Source: Scenedesmus sp. PABB004 (taxonomy: Eukaryota). From it: 64,000 nucleotides of DNA. Under the pieces are notes generated by a model. That model made no database searches. It was not told the DNA's origin and saw nothing but the letters and a program-made list of their open reading frames with translations. Every line of letters starts with the position of its first letter. The first letter of the stretch is position 1. The position numbers were made by a program, and so were the translations under genes. The DNA lies in assembly GCA_014905635.1 (NCBI GenBank), contig JABVCE010000022.1:496001-560000 (forward strand), in the 5' to 3' direction. Positions 36,112 to 48,889 of this stretch are shown here, piece by piece.

Positions 36112-39100
36112 ATGGACGGCGCCGCCGCCGACGGCGGGGAGGACGACTTTGACGTGGACGCAGAGATTGTGGCGGAGCTGGCGGCCCTGGCGGCGCGCGG
36201 CGACGGCGGCGAGGGCAGCGGCGGCGGCGAGAGCCCGCACGGCCTGCCCCCCGCGTGCGCGGCGGAGCTGCAGCAGGAGCGCTGGCCCGCGCTCGCCGCG
36301 CTGCGCGACGCGATTGCGGCGCGGGACGCGTTTGCGGAGACCCTCGCCACGTCGGTTGCGGACGCGCGGCACGCGCTCGCGGCCGCCGCGGGCGGCGGAG
36401 CGCCTCCCTCGGGCGACGAGGTGAGCAAAGAGCCCGGCGGCGCCCGCGCCGACGCGGCTGGCGGCGACGTGAACGACGGCGAGACGGGGTCAGCGCCGGC
36501 AGAGCGGGCGGGGCCGATAGCGGCAGGCTGGGCGGGGGCAGAGGCGGCGGCGGGCGGCGCAGAGGCGGCCGCGCCGTCGGTGGACGGCGCCCTGCCCGCG
36601 GTGGCAGCCGGCAGCAAGCGCGCCGACAGCAGTCCCGCCAGCGAGGCTGCTGCACCGTGCAGCACTGCGGCGCAGCGCTCGCAGCGCGAGGAGGAGCCGG
36701 CGCAGCCGCCGGCCGCAGCGCCCGAGCAGGGCGCGCCAGCCGCGCAGCAGCTGGCGGCCGAGGCGGCGGCGGCGGCCGCGGCGCGCGCCGCGGAGGAGGC
36801 CGCGCTCGCGGCGCAGGCGGCGGCGCTGCGCCAGGCGGTGGAGGCTGCGGCCGCCGCGGCCGCGCAGCGCGAAGCGGAGCGGCGCGCGGCTCGGGAGGCG
36901 CTGGCCGCGCAGGTGGCGAGCGCCGCGCGGCGCTGCATGGCGGCCCGGCGCATCGGCCGGGCGTGGCGGGCGTACCGGCGGGGGCCCGCGCGCGCCGCGC
37001 GGCAGGAGGCGGCGCTCGCGCTGCAGGCGGCGGCGCGCGGCGCGGCGGCGCGGCGGGAGCGCGGCCGCCTGGAGCGGCGGCAGGCGCTGCTGGGCGCGCT
37101 GCGCGACGCGGTGCTGGCGGGGCGGCCGGACGGCGTGCGCGCCGCGGCCGACGCCGCGCAGCAGGCCGGTGCGGCTCGGCAGGCGCCGGCCGCGCCTGCC
37201 AGGCGCCGGCTGGCCGCGCCTTGGCGGCGCGCGGCGCGGGCCCGCTCACTCGCGGCGCCCGCCCCGCCGCCCGTGCGCAGGCTGGGGGCAGGACGGGGAC
37301 GCGGCCGTTGCGGCGGCGCGGTCGGCGCTCGCGGCCGCGGCCGTGGCGCTGGAGCAGGCCGCCGAGCGCGGCAACGCCGCCGCGTATGAGGCAGCCGCGG
37401 CGGCCCCCGCCCAGTTCACTGCGCTCGACGAGCTCGCTGCTGGCTGCCGCGCACGCTTCCAGGGGCGCAGGCGGGCGGCGGAGCTCGCGCTGGAGGCGGC
37501 GGCGGCGGCGGCGCCCTTGGGCGTCGTGCAGGGCGCGGTGGACGCCGCGCTGCAGCTGGGCACGCCCAGCGCACAGCTGTCCGCGGCACTCGAGGCAGCG
37601 CGGGCGCGCGACGCGGCGGCGGCCGCGCGCCTGGCTGCCTCGGCGGCGGCCGCGGCGGGCGCCGCTCGCCGCGCGGCTGCGCTGGCCCGCGGCGACACGC
37701 CCGCGCCTGACGGCGGCGCGCCGTTTGAGCTGCCAGAGTTTGAGGCGGCGGCGGCGGCCTGCGAGCAGCTGGGTATGTCGCGCGACGCCGCGGCCGCGCG
37801 GCAGGCGCTGCAGCAGCAGCGGCAGCTCTTGGCCGCGCAGCTTGCGGCCGCCGGGGAGACGGCCGGCGACGCGGCAGTGCGGCAGCTGGCGGCGCTGGCG
37901 GAGTCGCTGGGCGGCCTGGGGCAGCAGGCCGAGGCGTCGGCCGCCGCGCTGCGCGCCCGGCAGGCGGCGGTCGCGGCGGCGCTGCGGCTGGCGTCCGAGC
38001 AGGAGGGCGGCGCGGCGCGCGCCCATGAGCTGCTGGCGGAGGCGGAGCACCTCGGCGTGCCGGCGGGCGTGACTGCGGCGGCGCGGCAGCAGCTGTGCGA
38101 GCGCCAGGCAGGGGCGGCAGCCCAGCTCGCCGCCGCCGCAGAGGCGGGCACGCTTGTGCAGCTGCGGCGCACGCTGGCGGCGGCGCGGCAGGCGGGTGTG
38201 GACGCGGCGCAGCTGCAGCAGTGCTGCCAGCGCGCAGAGCAGCGCCGTGCCCTGGCCGCGCGGCAGCTGGCGGCAGCGGCGGCCGGCTGCTGCGCCGCGG
38301 TGGAGGCGGTCGGCGCGCACACGCGGCGCGGCTGCGGCGACCGCAGCAGCGCGCTGGCGCTGCTTGAGCTGGCTCGGGCGGCGGCCTCACACGCGCGGGA
38401 GACATGCCGCCAGGCTGCCGCCGGGTGTGAGGCGGCGCCCGGGCGTGCGGACCTGCTGAGCATTCCGGCAGCGCCCGGGGACTGCGGCGAGGTGCAGCAG
38501 TGGCTGCGGCAGCTGGGCGCGCAGGTCAATGACTGCCTGCAGCTTGGCCTGGCGAGCAGCGCTGCAGCGGTGCTGCACGCTCTGGAGCAGGCGTGCGCGG
38601 CGGGCCTGTACGCAGGTGTGCGAGGGAGGGGCGCGGCCTGCTCAGCTGGCGTTGCCCTCGCCCGCCCCGCCCAATGCCGCTCGCGCCGCCGCTGCCGCAG
38701 TGCACGGCCTCGTGGCGAGCTGCACCGTGAGGCTGGGGTCAGCACCCGGCGGCGAGCTGGCCGACGCAGCGCCAGACAGCCCTGGCCCGGCGGCGCCTGG
38801 CGGCCTGGCAGAGGAGGAGGAACCCTGGCGCGCCACGGCAGCGGCAGGCGGCGCCCAGGCGGCGACGGCCGGGCAGCTGCCCGGCCTGGCCTGGGCGCTG
38901 GGCGCTGCCGGCATGTGCGGCGCAGCGCAGGTGCGCGCCTGCAGCAGGCCGCTGGTGCCCCGTGCGCCGCCAGTGGCGGTGCTGCAGCAGCAGTGGGCGG
39001 CGAGCCTGCTGCACGGCGTGGCCGCAGCCAGGAGGTGGCCGCCGGCAGCGCTCGGGCCAGCTGCGCCCGGCGCCGCCGGTGACCGCAGCGCGGCGCCGCT

Positions 39101-40234
39101 GCCCCAGCAGCAGGTGCAGCAGCTCCAGCAGCTGCTGGCCCGCAACGCGGCCGTGCGCCCGGAGCAGCTGGGCGGCCTGCGGCAGCTGGACCTCGCGCTG
39201 GAGCAGCTGGACGGCATGCGCGGCCTGGGCCAGCTCTGCCCGCAGCTCGCAGCGCTCACGGTCAGCATGAACCGCCTCACCAGCCTCGCAGGGCTGCAGG
39301 GCTGCTCCGCCCTGCGCACGCTCTGCGCAAAGGCGCGTCTGCGGCGGCGTTGCGCCGGGGGCGTGGCCCCCGCCCCCGTGTATGCGCAGGGCGCGGCGGC
39401 CGGAGGCGCGCCTGACGACGCCCGCCGCGCGCCGCCGCGCCGGCAACCGCGCAGGACAATGCGCTGCAGCAGCTGCCGGAGCTGGCGCACCACCCGCAGC
39501 TTGAGGCCCTGCAGCTGGACGGCAACGCCATCCGGCGGCTCAGCTGCGAGTGCGACGGCAGCGGCGGCAGCGACGCCGCCGCCGCGGCGCCGCACGCCGC
39601 CCTGCGCGCACTGTCGCTCGCCAACAATCGGCTGGCGTCGCTGGAGCCGCCGGCGGCGCCGCGCGGCCTGGCCGCCTGGCTGGTGGGCCTGCAGGAGCTC
39701 TCCCTCGGCGGCAACCAGCTCGCCAGTTTGGCGGGCCTGGAGGGCTGCGCCGGGCTGCGCACGCTCGACGTCAGCCGCAACGCGCTCACCTGCCTGGAGG
39801 TGAGGGGGGGCCGACGCGCCGGGAGCTGGCCAGCTCGCAAGCGCCGGCGCCGCGCACCTACTCCGCTCACGACGCACGCCGCCGCTTGGCCGCAGGGCCT
39901 CGCGGGCTGCCGCCGACTGCAGGCGCTGCACGCCGCCGGCAACCGCATCGCCGCCTGGCCGCCGCGGCTGCACCTGCCGCTGCTGTGCGTGCTCGACCTG
40001 AGCGCCAACTGCCTGGCCGCCTGGCCGTCGCTGCCGCCGCTGCCGCACCTGCACCAGCTGACCGTGTCTGACAATCAGCTGGCCGCTCTGGGCTCGCTGC
40101 ATGGCGCGCCGCAGCTGGCTGTGCTGGACGCCAGCTTCAACGCGCTGCGCGACCCGCACCACGCCCTCGCGTGCCTCGCGGGCGCTCCCGCGCTGCGGGC
40201 GCTCCAGCTCCACGACAACCCCTGCGCGCCCGCG

Positions 40235-40275
<41 letters not shown>

Positions 40276-42229
40276 CGGTGCATCGTACCGGCGCATCGTG
40301 GCGGCGGCGCTGCCCTGGCTGCAGCTGCTGGACCGGGACGAGGTGCGCTCGAGCGTGCCGCAGCAGCAGCCGCAGCAGCAGCCTCAGCAGCAGGAGCCAG
40401 CGCAGCAGCAGCCACGTTTCACCCCCTTGGAGGGCCATGATGCCGCAGCAGGGGCGGCCGCGGCAGGCTGCCTCGTTGCGGCGAGGGCCGACCTCAGTGT
40501 GGAGCTGCTGCGCCAGGTGCGTCGCGGCGCGGCCAGCCTTGGGTGGGCGTGGCAGCCAGCGCGGGACGCTGATGCAGACAGCGTCCCGGGCCGCGCCTGC
40601 TGCGCGGCGTCAGCCAAGGCGGCCACGGGCTCGTGGCTGCCGGGCCTGCAGAGACCAGCGTGGACGCAGCAGCAGTCGCCAGCCTGCACCGTGCAGCAGG
40701 AGCGCGAGCTGCCTTGCAGCCACCTGCACGCAGCCAGCGGCGGCCAGACGCTCGGGGATGGCGCCGGCTGGCTGGCAGCCGCGGAGGTGCGCTGGTGCGC
40801 CGCCACGCGCGCGATGCTGGCGTGGGAGCAGGCGCTGGAGCTGGCGCCGGTAGGGGCGCTGGCGTGCTGCGGCCAGGTCGCGGCGGCGGCCGGCTGCTGC
40901 GCGGGCCCGTGGGCGGGTGCCAGCGCGGCGCAGCAGGCGCTGGAGCAGCTGACTGCCTGGCCGTGCCACCGGCTGCAGGAACGGCCAGCGGCGCACGCGG
41001 CGTTCCAGCGTCGGCGGCAGGCGGCGGTCGAGGCGGCAGCACGTGCGCTGCAGGGCGCCTGGCGCGCGCGCGCGGCACGACTGTCGTGCAGGCAGGGCCT
41101 GCAGAAGCAGCGCGTCGAGCGCGCAGCCGCCGCCGCCGCCGCGGTGTGCCTGCAGAGCGCCTGGCGCGGCCGCGCCGCGCGGCGGTCCGCGGCTGCGGCG
41201 CAGCGCGAGCGGGAGCAGTGCCTTGCCGCGCGCGCCGCCGAGCGGCACGCGGCTGCGGTCACGATCCAGGCTGCCGTGCGCGGCCACCGCGTGCGCGGCC
41301 GGCTGCGCGCGGCGCTCGCGGCGGCCGCGGCGGGCGGGGCGGGCGGGGCCGCGTGCCGCGCCCTGCTGCCGGGCGGCGATGCGGAGCTCGACGGCGAGCT
41401 GGCTGGCGTGGGCGAGGACTATGTGAGCCTGCCGCCGGAGCTGCTGGCGGAGCTGGAGTGGGCGGCGGCGCCCGGCACCGGCGCCGGCGCGCCCCGCCCC
41501 GCCAACGGCAGGGCTCCTCTCCTGCGCCAGCTGCAGGTGCCCGCCGCCACGAGCAGCAGCAGCAGCGGCTCCGATGCCGGCCCGCAGCCGACGTCTGCGA
41601 GCGCGGCGGCCGTCGGGGCTGCGGCACCGCCGGCCGCCGCCGAGACGCCGCCGGCGGAAAGCCCGCCGGCCAGCCCCGGCGCGGCGGCGGCGGCGCGCCG
41701 CGAGGCCCGGCTGTCGCAGCTGATGGCGGAGTGGGGCTTTGCAGACCGCGCCACCGCGGAGGCCTACTGCCGGCGCCAGAGGCACACGCAGCGGGGGGCG
41801 GCGCGCACCAGGCTGCAGCAGCAGCTCAAGGACCCCGCCGTGCGCCTCCAGCGCCTGCAGGAGCAGCTGGGCGCCGCCGGCGCCAGCGGCGGCAGGGCCG
41901 CGGCAAGCACGGCGGCGCAGGCCGCCGCGGCGGCAGCCCCGGGCGACGAGCGCCTCGCGCTCCGCTCCCTGAGCAGCCGCGGTGCGGGCGAGGCGCCGCG
42001 GCCGCGCAACCAGCCGGGCGGGCGCGGCGGGCGCCAGCTGCGCGCCAGCCAGTCGGTCGGCGCGCGCCTGGGCGGGCTGCCGCAGCTGGCGGCGCCGGTG
42101 GCGGTGGCCGGCGGGGGCAGCGGCGGCGCGGCCTGCGGCGGCGGCAAGCAGGCGGCGGAGGTGGAGGCGCTGCAGCTGCCCGCGCTGCGCGGCGCGGCGC
42201 CTGCCGTGCCGGCCCGCGGTCGAAAGTGA
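36112..42229 (+). CDS. LRRIQ1: Leucine-rich-repeat and IQ-motif protein (LRRIQ1-like); 5 exons
   Basis: Acidic N terminus (DVDAEIVAELAAL), IQ-like motifs (LQAAARG, LQSAWRG, IQAAVRGHRVR), SDS22-type LRRs with LRR cap (LHDNP..YRRIV..LPWLQLLD), and C-terminal LMAEWGFADRATAE. Confidence 0.78.
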
Positions 42230-42580
42230 GCGCGGGCGAGCGCCGTGGAGCTGTGACGGCCGTTTCACACGCTTTACGGCGCCGTCCGGGCCAGCCGCCG
42301 CGCCGCGCTCCCGGCCGCGTGCGCGGGCGAATGCGCGCAGCGCCGGCCCCGATGCCCCCGCCAGCCGCAAGGGCGCGCCCGGATCGCGCTGACGCGGCCC
42401 CTGGGCACAGCGAGAGGCCGCCGATCGCGATGACGGCGCGTCGGCGACGGCGAGTCACGCCGCGACGCAGCCCATAAGAGCGCCCCCGCCCGCCCGCCCG
42501 CCCCCAAAGCCCTCCCCCGCCTTCGAACTCGCACTCAGCCCGCACACAGCCCGCACGCAGCCCGCCGCGCCGCCGCCGCG

Positions 42581-43714
42581 ATGATGCTCGCCCGCTCGCC
42601 CCTCGCGCGCCGCGCCGGCCTGGCCCCGGCCGGCGCCCGCGCCGCGCCCGCGCTGCCCCCGCGCGGCCGCGTGCTGCGCCGCTTCAAGGCGCGCCGCCGC
42701 CGCCGCGCGGCGCGGCGCCGCGGCGTCGCCGCCGCGGCGCGCGCCCACCTCGCGCCCGCGCGCCCCGCCGCCGCGCAGGAGGGCGAGCAGGCGGACACGC
42801 AGGGCCAGGGCGGCAAGGCGCCGAAGAACCCGGTGACCGGCGAGCCGCTCACGCCCGTCGACAACGTGCGCAAGGAGGGCTACCAGGCGACGCAGCAGAT
42901 CGGCCAGACGCCCGAGACCTCCGCGCGCATCATGGGCCAGCTCGGGCCGCAGCCCGACGGCCGCTCCTTTGGCGGTGCGCGCGCCGGCAGCCGCGGCGGC
43001 GGCGGCGCGACTGCGCGCGCGCGCATTGCCGCCCACCGCCGCGCCGCGCCCGCGGCGCGCCGCGGCCGCCCCACAGAGATGCAGGCCTTTGACGGCCTCG
43101 GCCCGGAGGTCATCAACGGCCGGCTCGCGATGCTCGGCTTCGCCATAGCCGCGTTCTGGGAGCTCACCCAGGTCCGCCGCGCCGCGCCGCGCCGCGCGCT
43201 CGACCGGCCGCCGCCGTCGCGCGCCCCCTCCCTCACACCCCGCGCCGCGCGCCCCCTCCTCCCTCAATCCCCCCTCCCTCTCCCCCGCAGGGCATCGACG
43301 TGTTCCAGCAGCTCAACCGCTACCCGCTCATCACCATCGCCACGTTTGTGACCTTCACCGTCGCGAGCTGGATCCCCTTCCTGCAGGGCCAGAGCTACAA
43401 CGTCAAGAGCGGCCCCTTCACGCCCGCGGTGCGGCGCGCGCGCACCGGCAGGCCGCGCCGCGCGCCGCGTGCGCCGCCGCCGCCGCCGCCGCGCGGGCAG
43501 GGCAGCTGCCACTGCCTGCAGGCTGGCCGCCGCGCGCGCGGCCGCGCCGCGCCCGACCCCGCGCCGCTGCGCCGCCCGCGCCCGCTGCGCCGCCGCCCGC
43601 GGCCGCCGCGCGCAGCTGGAGGTCACGCTCGGGCGCATCGCCATGATCGGCTTCGTGGGCCTCATCCTCAACGAGGCCTACTTCAGCAAGCCGTTTTTCC
43701 CCCACATTTTTTGA
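42581..43714 (+). CDS. ELIP: Early light-induced protein (ELIP/CBR), three-helix LHC-like; 5 exons
   Basis: MQAFDGLGPEVINGRLAMLGF, TFTVASWIP, FTPALEVTLGRIAMIGFVGL. Confidence 0.88.
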
Positions 43715-44221
43715 GCCGCAGCAGGTCGGGGTTTGAGCGGTTGCAGCGGTTGGCTGTGGCGGCGCGCCGCTGCCTGTTGGTAATACGAGAGCTGCCCGTG
43801 CCCGTTCACACCAGTCGGCGCGGCCTCCCAGCGGGCAGGAGCGGCACGGGCACCTCATGTCGTGCGTCACCTCATGACCCTGTGCACGGGTCATTGGGGG
43901 GCGCAACCTACACCCTACTCCGCGCCGCCAACACCGCCGCAACTCCGCCTCACCCGCGATGTTGCGCGCCCACCGCCACCGCCACCAGGCGCTGTTTCAC
44001 GGGCGCTGCCGGCAGCGGGGGGAGGTGATCCCAGAGAATGCTGGGTCGCGGCGTGCCAGGCACGCCTTCGCCTACCCCCAAGCCAGGCAGCCAGCCCGCG
44101 CGAGCGCCGCGTTTCCGCTCCCGCAGCCGCAGCAACAGTGCGCGAACACGCGGGCCGGCCGCCGGCGGCGAGGCCGGCGGCCGTGCACTGCCGGGGGCTG
44201 CTCATCATCTGAGCATGGGCC

Positions 44222-44396
44222 TTGGCGAGGCCCCCCGAGTCAGCGCAGCGGTCCTGGACGTACCGGCAGCTCGAGCTGTGCAAGGAGCGCCTGCGCACGC
44301 CAGAGGCGCAGCCCCTTGTGGAAGCGCAGCGCGCGCTCGAGGCGGCGCTCGCGGCGCCGCAGCATGACTCGCCGCCGCCGCGGCGGCAGCGGCAGC

Positions 44397-44456
<60 letters not shown>

Positions 44457-45829
44457 GCGGCGAGCTGGAGGAGGTCGAGCTGGGGCTGATGCCGCCGCCG
44501 CCGCCGCGGGCGGGCGACAAGCGCGGCACCGAGGGCGACTGCGACGCGCAGCCCGGCGCCAAGTCGGCGAAGCAGACGCCGCCGCTGGCGCCCACGGCGC
44601 CCACGGCGGCCGCGGCGGCCGCGGCGCACGCGAGGCCCATGACGCGGGAGCGCGCGGCGCAGGAGCTGCTGGCCGCCGTGCGCGCGGCGCCGCCAGACCA
44701 AGGCGCGAGCCCTGCCATGGTGGAGGCGGCGGCGGGCCCCCTGGCCGGAGCGCGCGCGCCGGCGCCGGCGCCGCCCGGCCCGCCCGGCGGGCTTCTGCTC
44801 GAGCCGCAGCTGCCCGAGGAGGTCGAGCTGGGGCTGATGCCGCCGCCGCCGCCGCGGGCGGGCGACAAGCGCGGCACCGAGGGCGACTGCGACGCGCAGC
44901 CCGGCACCAAGTCGGCGAAGCAGACGCCGCCGCTGGCGCCCACGGCGCCCGCGGGGCCCATGACGCGGGAGCGCGCGGCGCAGGAGCTGCTGGCCGCCGT
45001 GCGCGCGGCGCCGCCAGACCAAGGCGCGAGCCCTGCCATGGTGGAGGCGGCGGCGGGCGCCCTGGCCAGAGCGCGCGCGCCGGCGCCGGCGCCGCCCGGG
45101 GGGCAGCTGCTCGAGCCGCAGCTGCAGCTGCAGCTGCAGCCCGAGCTGGGGCTGCCCGGCCTTGTGCGGCTGCTGCACAGCCGCGGCGGGGCCGGCCAGA
45201 CGCTCCGCGCGGTGGCGGAGCACCGCGGCCTGCCCGGCCGCCTCCCTGTCTGGGCGGGCGACTTTGTGGCTGCGCGCTTGGCGGCCCCAGGCGCGCCGGA
45301 CGTGGCGGCGCCGGCGCCGGCGGTGACGCTCGTGGCCTGCGCCGCCGCGAGCCTCAAGGCGCGCGCGTGGGCCTCGCCAGGGCTCGCCCGTGTTGCGCGC
45401 GAGATTGACAACATCCAGCTGCTGGAGCGACTGGTGGGGGTGCTGGCCGACGCGGCCCTCGCCGCCGGCGCGCCGGTGCGGCGCACGGCGACGCAGCGCG
45501 CGCACCTGGCGGCCCTGCTGGCCTGCGCGGCGGCGGCGCTCGGCGCGTGGCCGACGCTGCTATGGGACGCGGCGGCTGCGTTCAGGCGCAGCCCGGTCAT
45601 CCCTGACCGGCAGATGCAGGCCCTGGAGCTGAGCAGCGCGCTGGCCGAGCTGGCCCAGTGCGTGGCGGTGGACGACGGAGGCTTGCGGCGCTACGTGCTC
45701 GCCACGCTGGGCAGGCCGCCGCCGCCGCCGCTCAAGCAGCTCCTGCAGACGGCCCGCGCGGGCTGCGGCCGCGTGATGCAGACGGTGCAGCAGGCGTGCC
45801 AGGTTTGCCAGGCCGACGCGGGCGAGTGA
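44222..45829 (+). CDS. Hypothetical protein with polyQ and an internal tandem duplication; start uncertain
   Basis: 535-codon open frame with host-like codon usage. No ATG before 44489; an upstream exon (for example ATG 43959 to donor 44025) is possible. Confidence 0.55.
44399..44455 (+). repeat. (CAG)19 polyglutamine tract
   Basis: Read directly. Confidence 0.95.
44468..45124 (+). repeat. Tandem duplication: copy 1 at 44468-44815, copy 2 at 44816 to ~45124
   Basis: Near-identical EEVELGLMPPPPPRAGDKRGTEGDCDAQPG...MTRERAAQELLAAVRAAPPDQGASPAMVEAAAG units. Confidence 0.92.
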
Positions 45830-46201
45830 GCATGAAGGCGCCTGTCGGGCATGTTGCGGCCGGGCGCGCGGCACGCGCGGGCGCGCGCGGCGCGCGTGAG
45901 CGCGGGTTGGCGTTGGAGCGGCGCGTGGCGTGTGTGTGCCAGAAGAAGTGCAGCACCTCGGTTGGCTGGTGAGGCGGCGGTGATGCATGCGCGGGCGTAA
46001 CTAAAGAGCATCATCAAACAGGGCTCATGCCAACCCGGGCGGACGCGCAACCGCCGCAACCGCCGCGACGGGCGCCGCCGCACTCTCTCTAGCCCGCCGC
46101 ACTCGGCTCAGCTCAGCCGCCCAAAGCGCACGGAGCCTGGGTCGTGCTCCCCGCTGCGCGCGCACTGCTGCGGGCCGTGGCGGCGGCTCGAGCGCCGAGG
46201 G

Positions 46202-48471
46202 ATGGCGCCCTGCTGCTGCGTCTCGCGGTGGTGCCTCCTGGGCGCGATCGGCGGCCTGCTGGCGCTGGGCGTGCTCGTTGAGAGAGGCGAGCGGCGCCGC
46301 AGCAGGCCCGGCGCCGCCCGCGCGGCCGCCGGGGCGAGCGCTGGCGCCTGTGCCGCCGCTGCTGCCGCTGCCGCCGGGCAGGCGTGGTCCTGCTGCCCCT
46401 TCCGGCGCCGGCGTACGGCAAGCACGCGCACCCCGTCCCGCCTGGCGTGCTGGACTGGCGGCCGCGGCCGCTGGAGGTGCGGGCAGCGGCGGCGCGCCGG
46501 GCGCGGCGCTGCGGGCAGCACCGCACAGCCGCGCCGCGCCACGCCGCCCTGCAGGGCGCGCTGGCGCTCAACACGCGGCTGCGCGCGGCGCAGCGCCTGT
46601 TTGAGGGCCGGGTCGTCGGCTCGGGTGCGCGGCGGCGCGGCGGCGCGCTGTGCACGGCGCGCGCCGCGTGCTCTCTCGTGCCCGGCGGCGGAGCCTGCCG
46701 CGCCTCTGACCGCGACAGAGTCTGTGGCGGTGGGGCCTGAGGGGCAGCTGGTGATGCTGGACCGCTACAACCAGCTCTGGGAGGCGCGCCAGGACGCGCC
46801 AGGCGGCAACTGGACCCTCGGCGCCCGCCCGCGCGCGGCGCTCGGCGCGGGGCGCCCGCTCGGCGCGCACTTTGACCGCGCCGGCGACCTGTTCATTTGC
46901 AACTCCCTCACCGTGAGCCAGCGACGCCGGCCCTGCGCCGGGCCGGCGCGCGCCCCGTTGGTCGCGTCCCCTCGCTGCCCCTCACTGAAACCTGAACCCT
47001 CGCACGCGCCGCCGCCCCTCCCCCCAGGGCCTGGTCAAGTACAGCTACGCGACCGGGGAGCTCAGCATCCTGGCCAGCCACGTGAACGCGCGCTCTACGA
47101 TAGACCCGGGGTGAGCGGCGCGCGCGCGGCGGGCGAGCCGCGCGCCGGCCCCTCCCTCCTCGCCGCGCCGCGCCGCGCCCCGCCGCGCCGCGCCGCCGAC
47201 TCCGCCGCCCGCGCCGCCGCGCCGCCGCCGCCGCCGCGCCGCCGCCGCCGCCGCGCGCAGCACGCCGATCACGTACGCCAACGACCTCGCGGTCGCCTCT
47301 GACGGCCGCGTCTTCTTCACGTCCTGCACCGACGTCGTGCCGCCCCTGGGGGCGGGCGGGTACTACGACACGTTTAGGGCTTGGTTCCTCGGCCTCATGC
47401 AGGAGCGGCGGCGTCCTGTGTGAACCCCACTGTGCCCAGCGCGCGCGCGCGTGAAGGGGCGGCCGGGCGTGTGTCCGGTCTCCGGGGCGCGGCTGGGGCT
47501 GGGCGAGAGGCCGGGCGTGGCGGGGGCGGCCGCCCGAGCTGCCGCCGCCTGGGCCGCCGCCGCCGGGGCCGCCGCGCGCAGGGCCTGCCGCGGGGGCGGC
47601 TGCTGGTGTACGACCCCGCCAGCCGCGAGGCGCACGTGGTCGCCAAGGCGCGGCGCGCACGCGCCTCTGCGCGCGCGCGCACGCCGGCGGGGCCCGGCGC
47701 TGACCGCACGTGCGCGCGGTCTGGGCGCGCAGGGCTTTTACTACGCCAACGGCGTCGCGCTCGCGCCCGACGAGAGCTTTGTGGTGGTTGTCGAGACGGA
47801 CCGCCTCGCGGCGCACAAGGTGCACATCAAGGGGCCACAGGTGACGCGCGCCGCGCCAGCCCGCGCCGTCACACGGCGCCGGCCAGCGCGACGCGCGAGC
47901 CCCGCCGCCGCCGCCCGGCGCGCGCAGGCGGGGCGCGTGGAGCTGCTGGTGGACCGCCTGCCGGGCGTGCCGGACGGGGCCGACACCGCCGCCGACGGGA
48001 GCGGCGTGTGGATCAGCATGCTCGCCCCCGCCCCGCCGTTCAAGTCGGCGCTGCTCAGCCGCTGGCTGGCGAGCCCACTCGTGCGCGCGGCGCACGCGTG
48101 GCTGCCGCCCGCGCTGCGGCCGGGCATCCGCAGCTGGGGCGCGGTCGTCAAGGCGCGCCGGCAGCGCGCGCGCGGCGCGCCGTCCGCAGCCGCGGGGGCG
48201 CCCGCCGCGGGGCGCCGGCCGGGCGGCCGATGTCCAACACGCCCCGCCCGCGCAGGTCGACGCGTTGGGCGGCGTGCGTGAGTTCCTGGCCGACCCGGAC
48301 GGCCGCGTCGTGAGCGGCGTCAGCGCGGTCACCGAGGCGTGCCTGGGCGGCCGGGCGCTGCTGTTCCTGGGCAACCTGATCGGGGACCACGTCAGCGTGC
48401 TCGACCTCGGCGCCGCCGCGGGCGCGGCGGCGCCCGCGCACGGCGGCGGCGGGGCGCGCGACGAGCTGTGA
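46202..48471 (+). CDS. Strictosidine synthase-like / APMAP six-bladed beta-propeller protein; 10 exons
   Basis: N-terminal signal anchor; ESVAV, GRPLG, ITYANDLAVASDGRVFFT, GRLLVYDP, GFYYANGVALAPDESFVVVVET, LPGVPDG; ends RDEL*. Confidence 0.9.
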
Positions 48472-48889
48472 GCCTGGTGGCAACTCCGCCCCTGAGCTGC
48501 TCTTGGTGAGCGCCAGCGCACGCGGGTCGGTGACCGCCGCGGCGCAGAGGCGCACAGCCCTGCAGCGCGCGGCGGCTGACGCGCGGCGGCGGCTGCTGGG
48601 AGCGCCCAGCCCGCGAGCCGCCCAGCGTCACTTGCCGTCACTTGTAGGGCCGCAGCGCCAGCAGCCGGGACGGCTGAGAGGGAGTGGCGAGAGCGGCCCG
48701 CCGGCAGTCGAGACCCGCGCAGCGCAGCTCGCGGCGCGCGGGCCTGGAGCATGCGCGCACGCGCCTGGCGCTGCTGCTGAGAGCGTCCCGCGCAGCGGCC
48801 GTGACTGGCCGCTGCAGCAGGCGGCGGGCCGGTGGCGCGCGGCCTGGGCGCGATGGCGGGCGCCCACCCAATGCCGGCGGGGCGTGCCA

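Noticed and set aside
14331..43714. OHP2, MsrA and ELIP as a light-stress gene cluster
   Set aside because: They are separated by unrelated genes, with no evidence of co-regulation.
44210..44212. In-frame TGA between two ORFs as selenocysteine or readthrough
   Set aside because: The upstream frame does not look coding, there is no redox motif, and no recognisable SECIS element.
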